From contig JBFMAY010000008.1 of NCBI GenBank assembly GCA_040755455.1, positions 1 to 64,000 on the forward strand: a DNA stretch of 64,000 bases, given 5' to 3'. The notes under the pieces are model-generated. The model was not told the origin of the DNA. It did no database searches and saw only the letters and a program-made list of their open reading frames with translations. This document shows, piece after piece, positions 46,533-55,548 of the stretch. The position numbers and the translations under genes were made by a program. This DNA is from Thermodesulfobacteriota bacterium (lineage in GTDB: Bacteria; Desulfobacterota; Desulfobulbia; Desulfobulbales; SURF-16). Within the stretch, counting starts at the first letter, position 1. Every line of letters starts with the position of its first letter.

Positions 46533-48323
46533 ATGCTGAAAAAAATTATTGCCATACATTCTGCCTGGAAAAGGCACCTGGCATCCGCCGGGGTGCTGGG
46601 TCTGTCGGTGTTGTTTTTTCTCGGCAACAGCTCATGCTCAGGCGGCAGTCAGGCCATGGGTAATACCATGAAAACAGGTGCATCCGTCAATGCCGAGACC
46701 AGCGAAGAGCCGGCTGATTCCGCCTGTGCCTATTTTTATTTTTTATGGGGTAAATCCGCCGAGGCCGAAGAGAAATATGATGAGGCGATGGAGGCCTTTG
46801 AGAAGGCCCTGATCTGCGATCCGCGGGCCGTCTATGTGAGCCAGAAACTGGCCATTCTGCTGGTCAACATGGGCAAAAAGGAGCAGGCCGTTGTCCAGCT
46901 TGAGAAAATGATTGCCGATGACCCGGCCAATCTCCAGAACAGGCTGTTGCTGGGCAATATCTACAGTTCCATGGGCCAGACCGCCCAGGCGCGGGCCGTG
47001 TATGAGGCTGTTCTGCAGATAGCCCCTGATGATCCCCAGGCCCTGCTGATGCTTGGCGCCCTCTACGCCAGTGACCGGGATTACGTGCAGGCCCAGAAGA
47101 TACTGGAAAGACTGGTGGCGGTGGACGACAAGTCTTATTCCGGCTACAGCTATCTGGCCAAGTTGTACCGGGAACTCAACTATTACGACCAGGCCATGGA
47201 GGCCTACGAAAAGGCGCTTTCTTTAAGCTGGTCGCCCATGCTCGCCTATGAGGCCGCCGATCTCTATGAATACCGGCAGAGGTATGACGAGGCCGCTGCC
47301 ATTTATAAGCGGCTGCTGGAGGAAGACGAGGGAAATACCAAAATCCGCGGCCGCCTGGCGCGCCTGTATATCGTGCAGGGCAAAATCGAGGCGGCCCTGG
47401 CCGAGTTGGATGAGCTGAAAGATTACACCTCTGACCCGGCGGTGGTCGATCTGGCCATCGGCCGGGTGCTGCTGGATGAAAAACGCTATGCGGAGGCAAT
47501 CGCTCTCTTTGAGCAGATGCTCAGCCAGGACGAGAACAAGGATGTGGCCAGATCAATGCTTGCCCTGACCTATTACGAGTCAGGCGACATGGACAAGGCC
47601 AAGAAGACTCTGCGGGAGGTCCCGGTCACCAGCAAGGATTACGAGAACTCCATTCTGATGCTGGCCCAGATCCTGCTCGGTGAAAAAGACAACCAGCGCG
47701 CCGCCACCCTGCTGCGCAATGTCATTGCCGGTGAAGATACCAGGCGTCCCTCTTTTTATTTTCTCCTGGCCGGGCTGTTGCGGGAAGAGGGTGATCCCGC
47801 GGCCGGCAGAGAGGTTTGCGAACAGGCCGTGCAGGCCTTTCCGGAAAATCCCAGGGTCTTGTTTGAATACGGTTTGTATCTCGACCGTCTCGGCGAGCTT
47901 GACGGGGCGGTGGCCAAAATGGAGCAGGTGCTGGCCATCACCCCGGATGATGCATACGCCCTGAATTACGTGGGTTATACCTTGGCGGACAGGGGGCTCA
48001 ACCTGGACAAGGCCCTGGAGTATATCAAACGGGCCGTGGACCTCAAACCCGATGATGGCTTTGTCCGCGATTCCCTGGGCTGGGTCTATTTCAAGATGGG
48101 CCGGTTCGCCGAGGCGGTCACGGAGCTTGAGGCTGCCGCCTCCATGCAGTCCGATGATCCGACCATTCAGGAGCATCTCGGCGATGCTTATCAGCAGGCC
48201 GGTGCAGTGCAGAAGGCGGTGGCGGCATACGGCAAGGCCGTGAGTCTCTATACCGATGACGCGAAAAAAGCCCCTGTCCTGGCTAAGATGAAGGCTCTGC
48301 AAAACAGTGACAAACAGGATTAA
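46533..48323 (+). CDS. Exported TPR protein (possible lipoprotein)
   Basis: Signal-like N-terminus with Cys; many TPRs; C-terminal ALNYVGY.LAD...DSLGWVYF...EHLGD. Confidence 0.88.
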   Translation: MLKKIIAIHSAWKRHLASAGVLGLSVLFFLGNSSCSGGSQAMGNTMKTGASVNAETSEEPADSACAYFYFLWGKSAEAEEKYDEAMEAFEKALICDPRAVYVSQKLAILLVNMGKKEQAVVQLEKMIADDPANLQNRLLLGNIYSSMGQTAQARAVYEAVLQIAPDDPQALLMLGALYASDRDYVQAQKILERLVAVDDKSYSGYSYLAKLYRELNYYDQAMEAYEKALSLSWSPMLAYEAADLYEYRQRYDEAAAIYKRLLEEDEGNTKIRGRLARLYIVQGKIEAALAELDELKDYTSDPAVVDLAIGRVLLDEKRYAEAIALFEQMLSQDENKDVARSMLALTYYESGDMDKAKKTLREVPVTSKDYENSILMLAQILLGEKDNQRAATLLRNVIAGEDTRRPSFYFLLAGLLREEGDPAAGREVCEQAVQAFPENPRVLFEYGLYLDRLGELDGAVAKMEQVLAITPDDAYALNYVGYTLADRGLNLDKALEYIKRAVDLKPDDGFVRDSLGWVYFKMGRFAEAVTELEAAASMQSDDPTIQEHLGDAYQQAGAVQKAVAAYGKAVSLYTDDAKKAPVLAKMKALQNSDKQD

Positions 48324-49134
48324 CAGCAGCAGACAGCCCCCGGCAGGGCTCTGGCAGGGCTTCGTCTTTTGTCTCTGCCTTTGCTATCTGGCCGGCTGCG
48401 CCGGGCTGCCCGGCACCGAGGCAATCTCCGAGAGGGAAAAGGAGCGGCTTATCGGGGAACTCCGGGAAATGGTCGCCCGGCAGCAGCAGTGCAACTGCTG
48501 CATCGACGCCCAGGCCACCGTCTCTTTTTCCTCTATCTGGCAGAAAGGGACACTGAGCGGTTTTGTGCAGGCCATGTCTCCTTCCTATCTGAAATTTCTT
48601 GCCGTCAATCCCCTTGGCCAGACCATGGCCATCTTTGTCACGGACGGGGATTTTTTCCGTTATGTGCCGGTGCTTGAGGCAAAGCAGTACGAGGGCAAGG
48701 TGACTGGCACCACCTATGCGAAATATGCTCCGGCCGGTTTTCTGCCGGAGCATGGTTTCTACTGGCTGATCGGCCGTCTCTATCCCGGCAGGATCAAGAT
48801 TCTCGATGTGACCCATGACCGGCAGGATCAGGGCTACTGGTTTGAAATCAGTTACGGCAACGGCACGAGAAGTATTGTTCTTTTTGCCGAGGAGCAGGGC
48901 GTCCTCCTCCGCCATATTGTGGTGAACGACAAAGGTGAAAAAATTTTCAACGTGCTCTATGATCAATACACAACAGGATCCTGCCCGTTGCCCGGCAAAG
49001 TCACCGTTACCGCTTTAATCCATAACAGCACCATGGAGATCCGGCTTGCCGACTGGCTGGACTCTCCCACTTTTGTAAGCGATAATTTCACCTATGACGC
49101 CCCACCCTCTTTTGACAGAGTAGCGGTCCAGTGA
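48307..49134 (+). CDS. Lipoprotein, LolB/LolA-like fold (putative)
   Basis: LAGC lipobox; P...KF..VNPLG motif; coupled to the TPR gene. Confidence 0.6.
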   Translation: MTNRINSSRQPPAGLWQGFVFCLCLCYLAGCAGLPGTEAISEREKERLIGELREMVARQQQCNCCIDAQATVSFSSIWQKGTLSGFVQAMSPSYLKFLAVNPLGQTMAIFVTDGDFFRYVPVLEAKQYEGKVTGTTYAKYAPAGFLPEHGFYWLIGRLYPGRIKILDVTHDRQDQGYWFEISYGNGTRSIVLFAEEQGVLLRHIVVNDKGEKIFNVLYDQYTTGSCPLPGKVTVTALIHNSTMEIRLADWLDSPTFVSDNFTYDAPPSFDRVAVQ

Positions 49135-51638
49135 ATCCCGATTATTTTCTGCCGCTGGTCCGCAAACCCGGGCGATACACCGGTAACGAATTCAACATCA
49201 TAAAAAAAGATTGGCGCAACGCTGAGCTGCGTATTGTGCTCTCCTTTCCCGATCTCTATGAGATCGGCATGTCCCATCAGGGGTTGCAGATTCTCTATCA
49301 GCTGATCAACAGCAGGGCGGACCTACTGGCCGAGCGGGTGTATGCGCCGGATACCGATCTGGAAAAACTGCTGGCCCAAAGCGATACGCCACTCTTTTCC
49401 CTGGAGTCGAGACGGCCGGTGGCGGACTTTGACATGCTGGCCATTACCCTGCCCTATGAACTCTGCTATACTAATATTCTGACTATCCTGGCCCGCAGCG
49501 GCCTGCCCTTTTTTGCTGGAGAGAGAAATGCTGACCATCCGCTGGTTTTCGGCGGCGGTCCCTGTGCCTTTCATGCCGAGCCGGTTGCCGATTTCTTTGA
49601 TGCGATCCTGCTTGGTGACGGTGAAGAGGCCATTTTTGATATTGCCGACCTGCTGGTTACGGCCAAAAGGGAGAAATGGAGCAGGGCCCGGCTCCTGGAG
49701 CGGCTGACGGAAATCGAAGGGGTGTATGTCCCATCCTTTTTTCGCCCCGAGTATGATGCGGCCGGCAACTTTGCCGGGCTGACCCCTTTAAAGGAAGGTT
49801 ATGGGTCGGTGCGGCGGCGGGTGCTGCCGAGTCTGGCAAGTGATAGCGCCTATGCCCCGCTGGTGCCGCTGTTTAAAATCGTCCATGACCGGCTGGGCAT
49901 TGAAATTGCCAGGGGCTGTACCCGCGGCTGCCGTTTCTGTCAGGCCGGCGTCATCTACCGGCCGGTGCGTGAGAGAAGCCCGCAGGAGGTCATGCGGCTG
50001 GCCAAGGCCGGCATCGCTGCCTCGGGTTTTGAAGAGATCGCCCTGTTGTCGCTGTCCAGCGGCGATTACGCCTGCCTTGCCCCGCTGCTCACCGAGCTGA
50101 TGGATACCTTTGTGCCGAAACGGGTTTCCGTGTCCATGCCCTCCATGCGGGTGGGCACCCTGACCCCGGAGATCATGCGGCAGATAAAGCGGGTGCGCAA
50201 AACCGGCTTTACCGTGGCGCCGGAGGCCGGCACCGACCGGCTGCGGCGGGTCATCAACAAGGGCATCACCGAGGAAGACCTGCTTGCCACCTGTAAATCG
50301 GCCTTCAACCTGGGCTGGAAGCTGATCAAGTTCTATTTCATGTTCGGCCTGCCCACGGAAACAGAGGAGGATCTGGCGGCCATCGGCCAACTTGCCCGCC
50401 AGGCCATGGCCCAGTGCCCCGGCAAAAGGGCCACTGTCACGGTAAGCGCCTCCACCTTTGTGCCGAAACCCCACACCCCTTTCCAATGGGAGCCGCAGCT
50501 GAACATTGCCGAAGGTTTCAGCAGGATCGATTTTCTGAAAAAGAACTTGCGGGACAAGCGGATTCAACTGCGCTGGGGTGATCCCCGCCAGAGTTTTCTG
50601 GAGGGGATCATGTCCAGAGGCGACCGCAGGCTGGCGCAGCTCATTGTCGCCGCCTGGCGCATTGGCGCCCGGCTTGAGGCCTGGTCGGATCATATGAATA
50701 TTGACATCTGGCGGCAGGCGGCCGCCTCCCTCGGCCTGGAGCTGGAGCACTACCTCAGACGCCGCGCCTTTGATGAGCCGTTGCCCTGGAGCCATCTCGA
50801 TGTGGGCCTTGATCCCGGCTTTTTCCGGCAGGAGCTGGAAAAGGGGCTGGCCGAAGGCTATACGCCGGATTGCCGTTATAACGGCTGCCAGCAGTGCGGC
50901 CTTTGTGATTTCAAAAAGATCAAGCCGGTGGTCAACGCAAGCCGCCAGGAGGAAAGCGGCGGGGCAGAGCGGGCCGAGGTTGCCGCCGACGAGGCTGGGC
51001 CGCCGGTTCATTTTTTCTACCGTTTCGCCTATCAGCGGACCGGCCGGGCGCGCTTTATCAGCCATCTCGAGTTGCTCCAGCTTTTTTTCCGCACCTTTGC
51101 CCGGGCCGAGCTGCCGGTGAATTTTTCCCACGGCTTTAATCCGACCCCCAAGGTCTCATTCAGCCCGGCCTTGCCCCTGGGCACCGAGAGCCTGGCGGAA
51201 TACCTGATTATTGACGCCCGTGCGCCGCTGGCTGATCCGGTGGAGTGGCGGGAAAGGCTGAACAGCCAGCTGCCCGGCGGACTGGCCATCACCGCCATTG
51301 ACCCTTGCGATGAAAAGAATATTCCGGAAAAGGTCGAAAATGTTTATCTTATAGATATTGAAGGCGCAATGGACAAAGAAAAGGCCGAGGCCTTCATGGG
51401 CAGCACGAGCTATCTGATAAAGGTGGCAAGAAAGAAAAGAGACAGGGAAATCGATGCCCGGCCCCAGGTGGCCTCACTTGATTTTAGCGGGGACGGCAGG
51501 CTGAGGCTGGCCCTGATCAACGAAATATGCAAGGCAGGGTTAAAACCCCTGGAGATTGTCTCCGCTGTTTTTTCCTGCACTGATAAAGAGATTCAGCAGG
51601 CGCGCGTGCTGAAAATTGAAGAAAGAGTAATCCGTTAA
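49131..51638 (+). CDS. Radical SAM protein (TIGR03960-like) fused to a TIGR03936-like C-terminal domain
   Basis: KP.RY.G.E, FPD.YEIGMSH.G, RGC.RGCRFCQ CxxxCxxC, APEAGT; C-terminal FISHLE...F.RA.LP..FS.GFNP.P. Confidence 0.9.
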   Translation: MNPDYFLPLVRKPGRYTGNEFNIIKKDWRNAELRIVLSFPDLYEIGMSHQGLQILYQLINSRADLLAERVYAPDTDLEKLLAQSDTPLFSLESRRPVADFDMLAITLPYELCYTNILTILARSGLPFFAGERNADHPLVFGGGPCAFHAEPVADFFDAILLGDGEEAIFDIADLLVTAKREKWSRARLLERLTEIEGVYVPSFFRPEYDAAGNFAGLTPLKEGYGSVRRRVLPSLASDSAYAPLVPLFKIVHDRLGIEIARGCTRGCRFCQAGVIYRPVRERSPQEVMRLAKAGIAASGFEEIALLSLSSGDYACLAPLLTELMDTFVPKRVSVSMPSMRVGTLTPEIMRQIKRVRKTGFTVAPEAGTDRLRRVINKGITEEDLLATCKSAFNLGWKLIKFYFMFGLPTETEEDLAAIGQLARQAMAQCPGKRATVTVSASTFVPKPHTPFQWEPQLNIAEGFSRIDFLKKNLRDKRIQLRWGDPRQSFLEGIMSRGDRRLAQLIVAAWRIGARLEAWSDHMNIDIWRQAAASLGLELEHYLRRRAFDEPLPWSHLDVGLDPGFFRQELEKGLAEGYTPDCRYNGCQQCGLCDFKKIKPVVNASRQEESGGAERAEVAADEAGPPVHFFYRFAYQRTGRARFISHLELLQLFFRTFARAELPVNFSHGFNPTPKVSFSPALPLGTESLAEYLIIDARAPLADPVEWRERLNSQLPGGLAITAIDPCDEKNIPEKVENVYLIDIEGAMDKEKAEAFMGSTSYLIKVARKKRDREIDARPQVASLDFSGDGRLRLALINEICKAGLKPLEIVSAVFSCTDKEIQQARVLKIEERVIR

Positions 51639-53167
51639 TGGCAACTGATCTAATCATCAATGCAACGTCCTTCGAGATCCGCATTGCCTTGATTGAACAT
51701 GGCAATCTTGTGGAGTTTTATCTGGAGCGGCCGACCGAGAAGGGACTGGTCGGCAACATTTACAAGGGAAGAGTCGTCCGGGTCCTGCCCGGCATGCAGG
51801 CGGCTTTCGTCGATATCGGCCTGGAGCGCACCGGGTTTCTCTATGTGGATGATATCCATGTCAACCGGGTTGATTTTGAAAAACGTTACCAGAATCCGGA
51901 AGAGGATGACTGTCTGTGCAACGAGGCGCCCGAGTCCCTGAGCAACCGCATACCCGGCAAGAGTATCGATGATCTGCTGGTGGAGGGCCAGGAGCTGCTG
52001 GTGCAGATCTGCAAGGAACCCATGGGCAGCAAGGGGGCCAGACTGACCGGCCATATCACCCTGCCGTGCCGCAACCTGGTTTTCATGCCCATGACCGACC
52101 ATATCGGCGTGTCAAGAAAGATCGAGAATGAGGAGATCCGGGAAAATCTGCGGCGCGACATTGAGAAGCTGCGGCCGGCCGGCACCGGCTTCATCGTCCG
52201 GACCGTGGCCGAAGGGGCAAGCAATGAGGAGCTTGAGGCGGACATGGAGTTTCTGCTGCATCTGTGGAGCGAAATTCTTGACCGGGCCGGAAAAGCGTCA
52301 TGCATGACCCTGGTTTATGAGGATCTGGATATCATCCTGCGGGTGGTGCGCGACATCTTTTCGCCCACCGTTGACCGGGTGGTGGTGGATGACCGGCGAA
52401 CCTATGAGCGGGTCATCAATTTTGTCGAAACCTTCTTGCCCCATCTGCGTTCCAAGGTGCACCATTACGACAGCAACATCCCGATCTTCACCGCCTACGG
52501 GGTGGAGATGGATATCAACCGGGCCCTGGCCAGAAAAATCTGGCTGCGCTGCGGCGGCTATATCATCATCGAGGCCACCGAGGCGCTCACCGTGATCGAT
52601 GTCAACACCGGCCGCTATGTGGGCAAGACCGACCTGGAGGAGACGATCTTCAAGACCAACATGGAGGCGGTGAAGGAGATCGCCTATCAGCTGCGGCTGC
52701 GCAACATCGGCGGCATCATTATCATCGACTTCATCGACATGGAAAGCGAGGAGCACCGGGAAGAGGTCTTCCGAGTGCTGCACGAGGCGGTCAAAAAGGA
52801 CAAGAGCCGCATCAATATCCTGAAGTTTTCGGAATTCGGGCTCATTCAGCTCACCCGCAAGCGCAACCGGGATGATCTGACCCGCATCATGTGCGAGCCG
52901 TGCCCCTGTTGCAACGGCTCGGGCCGGATCAAATCGGCCCGGACCATCTCCTATGAGATTTTCCGCAGTATTGCCCGGGATGCCGACAAGACCAACGCCG
53001 CAAACGTCACGGTCAACGTGCACCCCAAGGTGGCGGCGATGATGCTCAAGGACGAGGCGGTAACCATTAAAAACCTGGAAGACGAGATCAAAATGTCCCT
53101 GATTATTTTCCCCAACCGGGATCTGCATATGGAAAAATATGAGATCAGCTGGGACAGGGGGAAGTGA
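51638..53167 (+). CDS. rng: Rne/Rng family ribonuclease
   Basis: GNIYKG.V..VLPGMQAAFVDIG, KEP.G.KGARLT, IDVNTG, LR.IGGIIIIDFIDM, CPCC.GSG. Confidence 0.94.
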   Translation: MATDLIINATSFEIRIALIEHGNLVEFYLERPTEKGLVGNIYKGRVVRVLPGMQAAFVDIGLERTGFLYVDDIHVNRVDFEKRYQNPEEDDCLCNEAPESLSNRIPGKSIDDLLVEGQELLVQICKEPMGSKGARLTGHITLPCRNLVFMPMTDHIGVSRKIENEEIRENLRRDIEKLRPAGTGFIVRTVAEGASNEELEADMEFLLHLWSEILDRAGKASCMTLVYEDLDIILRVVRDIFSPTVDRVVVDDRRTYERVINFVETFLPHLRSKVHHYDSNIPIFTAYGVEMDINRALARKIWLRCGGYIIIEATEALTVIDVNTGRYVGKTDLEETIFKTNMEAVKEIAYQLRLRNIGGIIIIDFIDMESEEHREEVFRVLHEAVKKDKSRINILKFSEFGLIQLTRKRNRDDLTRIMCEPCPCCNGSGRIKSARTISYEIFRSIARDADKTNAANVTVNVHPKVAAMMLKDEAVTIKNLEDEIKMSLIIFPNRDLHMEKYEISWDRGK

Positions 53168-53178
53168 AGGACCGTCTT

Positions 53179-55413
53179 TTATTTCGTAGTAAAGATAAAA
53201 ACCCCGTCCCAGTCCGGCGGCGGCGGGGCGGAGAGGAAAACCTCGATTCTCTCCAGGTAAAGGCGGTAGAGCCGGAGGTCGTTTTTCTCGCCCAGGGAAT
53301 GCATGATCTGCCGGGCAGCGGCGAAATCCTGCTGCTGATAGGCCGTTATGGCGGATTGAAAACTTGTCACCTCCCGGCGCAGCTCCGCATCCGGTTCACC
53401 CTCGCAGAGCGGCTCAAAGATGTTCACCGGCAGTTTTTTCCCCTTGACCCGCACCCGGTCGATAAAGCGGCAGAAAAACCCGGGGCCCGCGGCATCCCTG
53501 GTTGCTTCGCTGATTAGGATGCGGGAGCCGTAAACCTTGGTCAGGCCTTCCAGGCGGGAGGCCAGGTTGACATTGTCGCCGATCACCGTGTAGTCAAAAC
53601 GCTGGGTGCTGCCGAAGTTGCCCACATTCATCTCGCCGGTGTTGAGTCCGATGCCGATGGCTATTTTCTCCAGCTGTCCGTTGTGTAGTTCCTCCTGCAG
53701 TTCATCAAGTCGTTTGATCGAGGCCAGGGCGGCCCGCACGGCCCTGGCCGCGTGGTCGTGGTCCACCAGCGGCGCGCCCCAGATGGCCATGATCGCATCG
53801 CCGATATATTTGTCCACCGTGCCCCCATGCGCAAGCAATACATTGCTCATGGCCGTGAGATAGCGATTCATGAAGCGTCCCAGCTGCTCCGGGGACATCT
53901 TTTCGGAAATTGTCGTAAAATCGCGGATATCGCTGAAAAATACCGTCAAGTTTCTTACCTGGCCCGCCAGGGAGAGGTTCGCCGGATTCCTGATGATCTC
54001 ACTCACGACATCAGGTGAAACATAATGACCGAAGGCGTCCCGCAGGAATCGTTTTTCACGGCCGGCAAAGAAGTAATTGCTCAGGGTGACCACCAGAAAA
54101 ACCGTGATAATGGTCAGCAGCGGATAGGTAATGCCGATGATCTTGTTGTTTAAAAAGAAATAATAGGAACCCCCGGCTGTTGCCAGCAGACACAGCAGAC
54201 CGCCCAAGGCGCCGGCCAGGGGAGTGGCATAGGCCAGCAGGGCGCTGAGCAGCAGCCCGCTGCCTGCGACCAGCGCATAGGTCATGCCGATTTCCGTGTA
54301 GAGATCGTAGGTCAGCGGATCGCCGGTGAGTAAATTGTCGATGACGGTCGCCTGGATTTCCACGCCGGGGAAGATGTTGGCAAAGGGAGTGGCCCGCAGA
54401 TCCAGCAGGCCCGCTGCCGAGGTGCCGATGAGAACATATTTGTCCCTGAGTTGGTTCGTATGGCGGCCGGCAAGGATGTCGGCAGCCGGGACATAGGTAA
54501 AGGTTTTCACCGGCCCCCGGTAATTGACGGTGAGCTGGCCCTGGTCATCGGTGGGGATGAATTTGCCGCCGACGGTGACCCCCAGCATGCCTTTCTGCGC
54601 AGTCGCCACCTGTTGGGAGAGGTGGATGGTTGCCTCCTGTTCGCCCAGGCCGACCCGCAGGGTTTCCAGGGCCAGAGAGGGGTATGGTACGCCGTTTAAG
54701 GCCATGAACAGCGGCACCTTGCGGATGGTGCCTGAGGGATCCGGGAAGACATTGAAAAAGCCTTCGCTTTCCCCCTGGGACACCTCCGGGATGTTCACGA
54801 TGGCATTGCCGGCCCTAATGAAATTGATCGAGGACAGCGGGGTGGACGGCGGATCAAGACGGATGGTGCAGGAGGGAAAGGGGACATTGGCGGCAAGGCC
54901 GCTTGGCGGGTCCGTGAGAAAGACGTAGCCCAGTACACTGGGCATGACCGCCAGGGTGTCCCCCAGGATCAGGTCGTGATCCAGGGAGGGATTGGCGCGC
55001 AGCGCGTTTTTTTCTTCATCGGCCACCGGGGTGGCCAGGAGATCAATGATGCCGTCCAGATGATTTTTCGGGGAGGTTCTGTCCGGCTCGGCAAAGACGA
55101 TATCAATGCCGATGACCCTGGCCCCGGCCTGATGGATTTGCGCCACCAGGGCGGCGACCGTATTCCTGGGCCAGGGCCATTGACCGATCCCCGCCAGGCT
55201 CGCATCGTCAATATCAACAATAACCACCGAACCGCTGACCGGGGTCTGCCCCCGGATGGTGAACATGACATCGGTCAGCCGGTTGTCAAAGGCGGTGAGG
55301 AGCTGCGGCTTGCGGCTGCCGAAAAGGTAAAAGAGGCAAAGCCCGGCGAGTACCGCCAGGCAGCCGATTTTAAAGGGTGATGGCTTGATGTGTGAGAGTA
55401 TCGATCTGGACAA
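53179..55413 (-). CDS. CHASE2 sensor - TM - class III adenylate cyclase
   Basis: IVDIDD.SL...GQWPWPR, D.VFAEPD, D..G..R, PGVEIQA (CHASE2); 3 TM; FSDIR.FT, DKYIGDAIMA, DYTVIGDNVNLASRLE with ATP-selecting K/D. Confidence 0.93.
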   Translation of the reverse strand: MSRSILSHIKPSPFKIGCLAVLAGLCLFYLFGSRKPQLLTAFDNRLTDVMFTIRGQTPVSGSVVIVDIDDASLAGIGQWPWPRNTVAALVAQIHQAGARVIGIDIVFAEPDRTSPKNHLDGIIDLLATPVADEEKNALRANPSLDHDLILGDTLAVMPSVLGYVFLTDPPSGLAANVPFPSCTIRLDPPSTPLSSINFIRAGNAIVNIPEVSQGESEGFFNVFPDPSGTIRKVPLFMALNGVPYPSLALETLRVGLGEQEATIHLSQQVATAQKGMLGVTVGGKFIPTDDQGQLTVNYRGPVKTFTYVPAADILAGRHTNQLRDKYVLIGTSAAGLLDLRATPFANIFPGVEIQATVIDNLLTGDPLTYDLYTEIGMTYALVAGSGLLLSALLAYATPLAGALGGLLCLLATAGGSYYFFLNNKIIGITYPLLTIITVFLVVTLSNYFFAGREKRFLRDAFGHYVSPDVVSEIIRNPANLSLAGQVRNLTVFFSDIRDFTTISEKMSPEQLGRFMNRYLTAMSNVLLAHGGTVDKYIGDAIMAIWGAPLVDHDHAARAVRAALASIKRLDELQEELHNGQLEKIAIGIGLNTGEMNVGNFGSTQRFDYTVIGDNVNLASRLEGLTKVYGSRILISEATRDAAGPGFFCRFIDRVRVKGKKLPVNIFEPLCEGEPDAELRREVTSFQSAITAYQQQDFAAARQIMHSLGEKNDLRLYRLYLERIEVFLSAPPPPDWDGVFIFTTK

Positions 55414-55548
55414 GGTTTCCCGTTGCGATCAGCTGCTGTTTTTTTAACTCAACTTTCTGACTTGCTCTGTTTTGTCGAAATAACGGCATCTTCGTGACAT
55501 GGTTGCTGCTCTGATCTCCGTCATGGGAATTCCCGTTGTTGCGGCAGA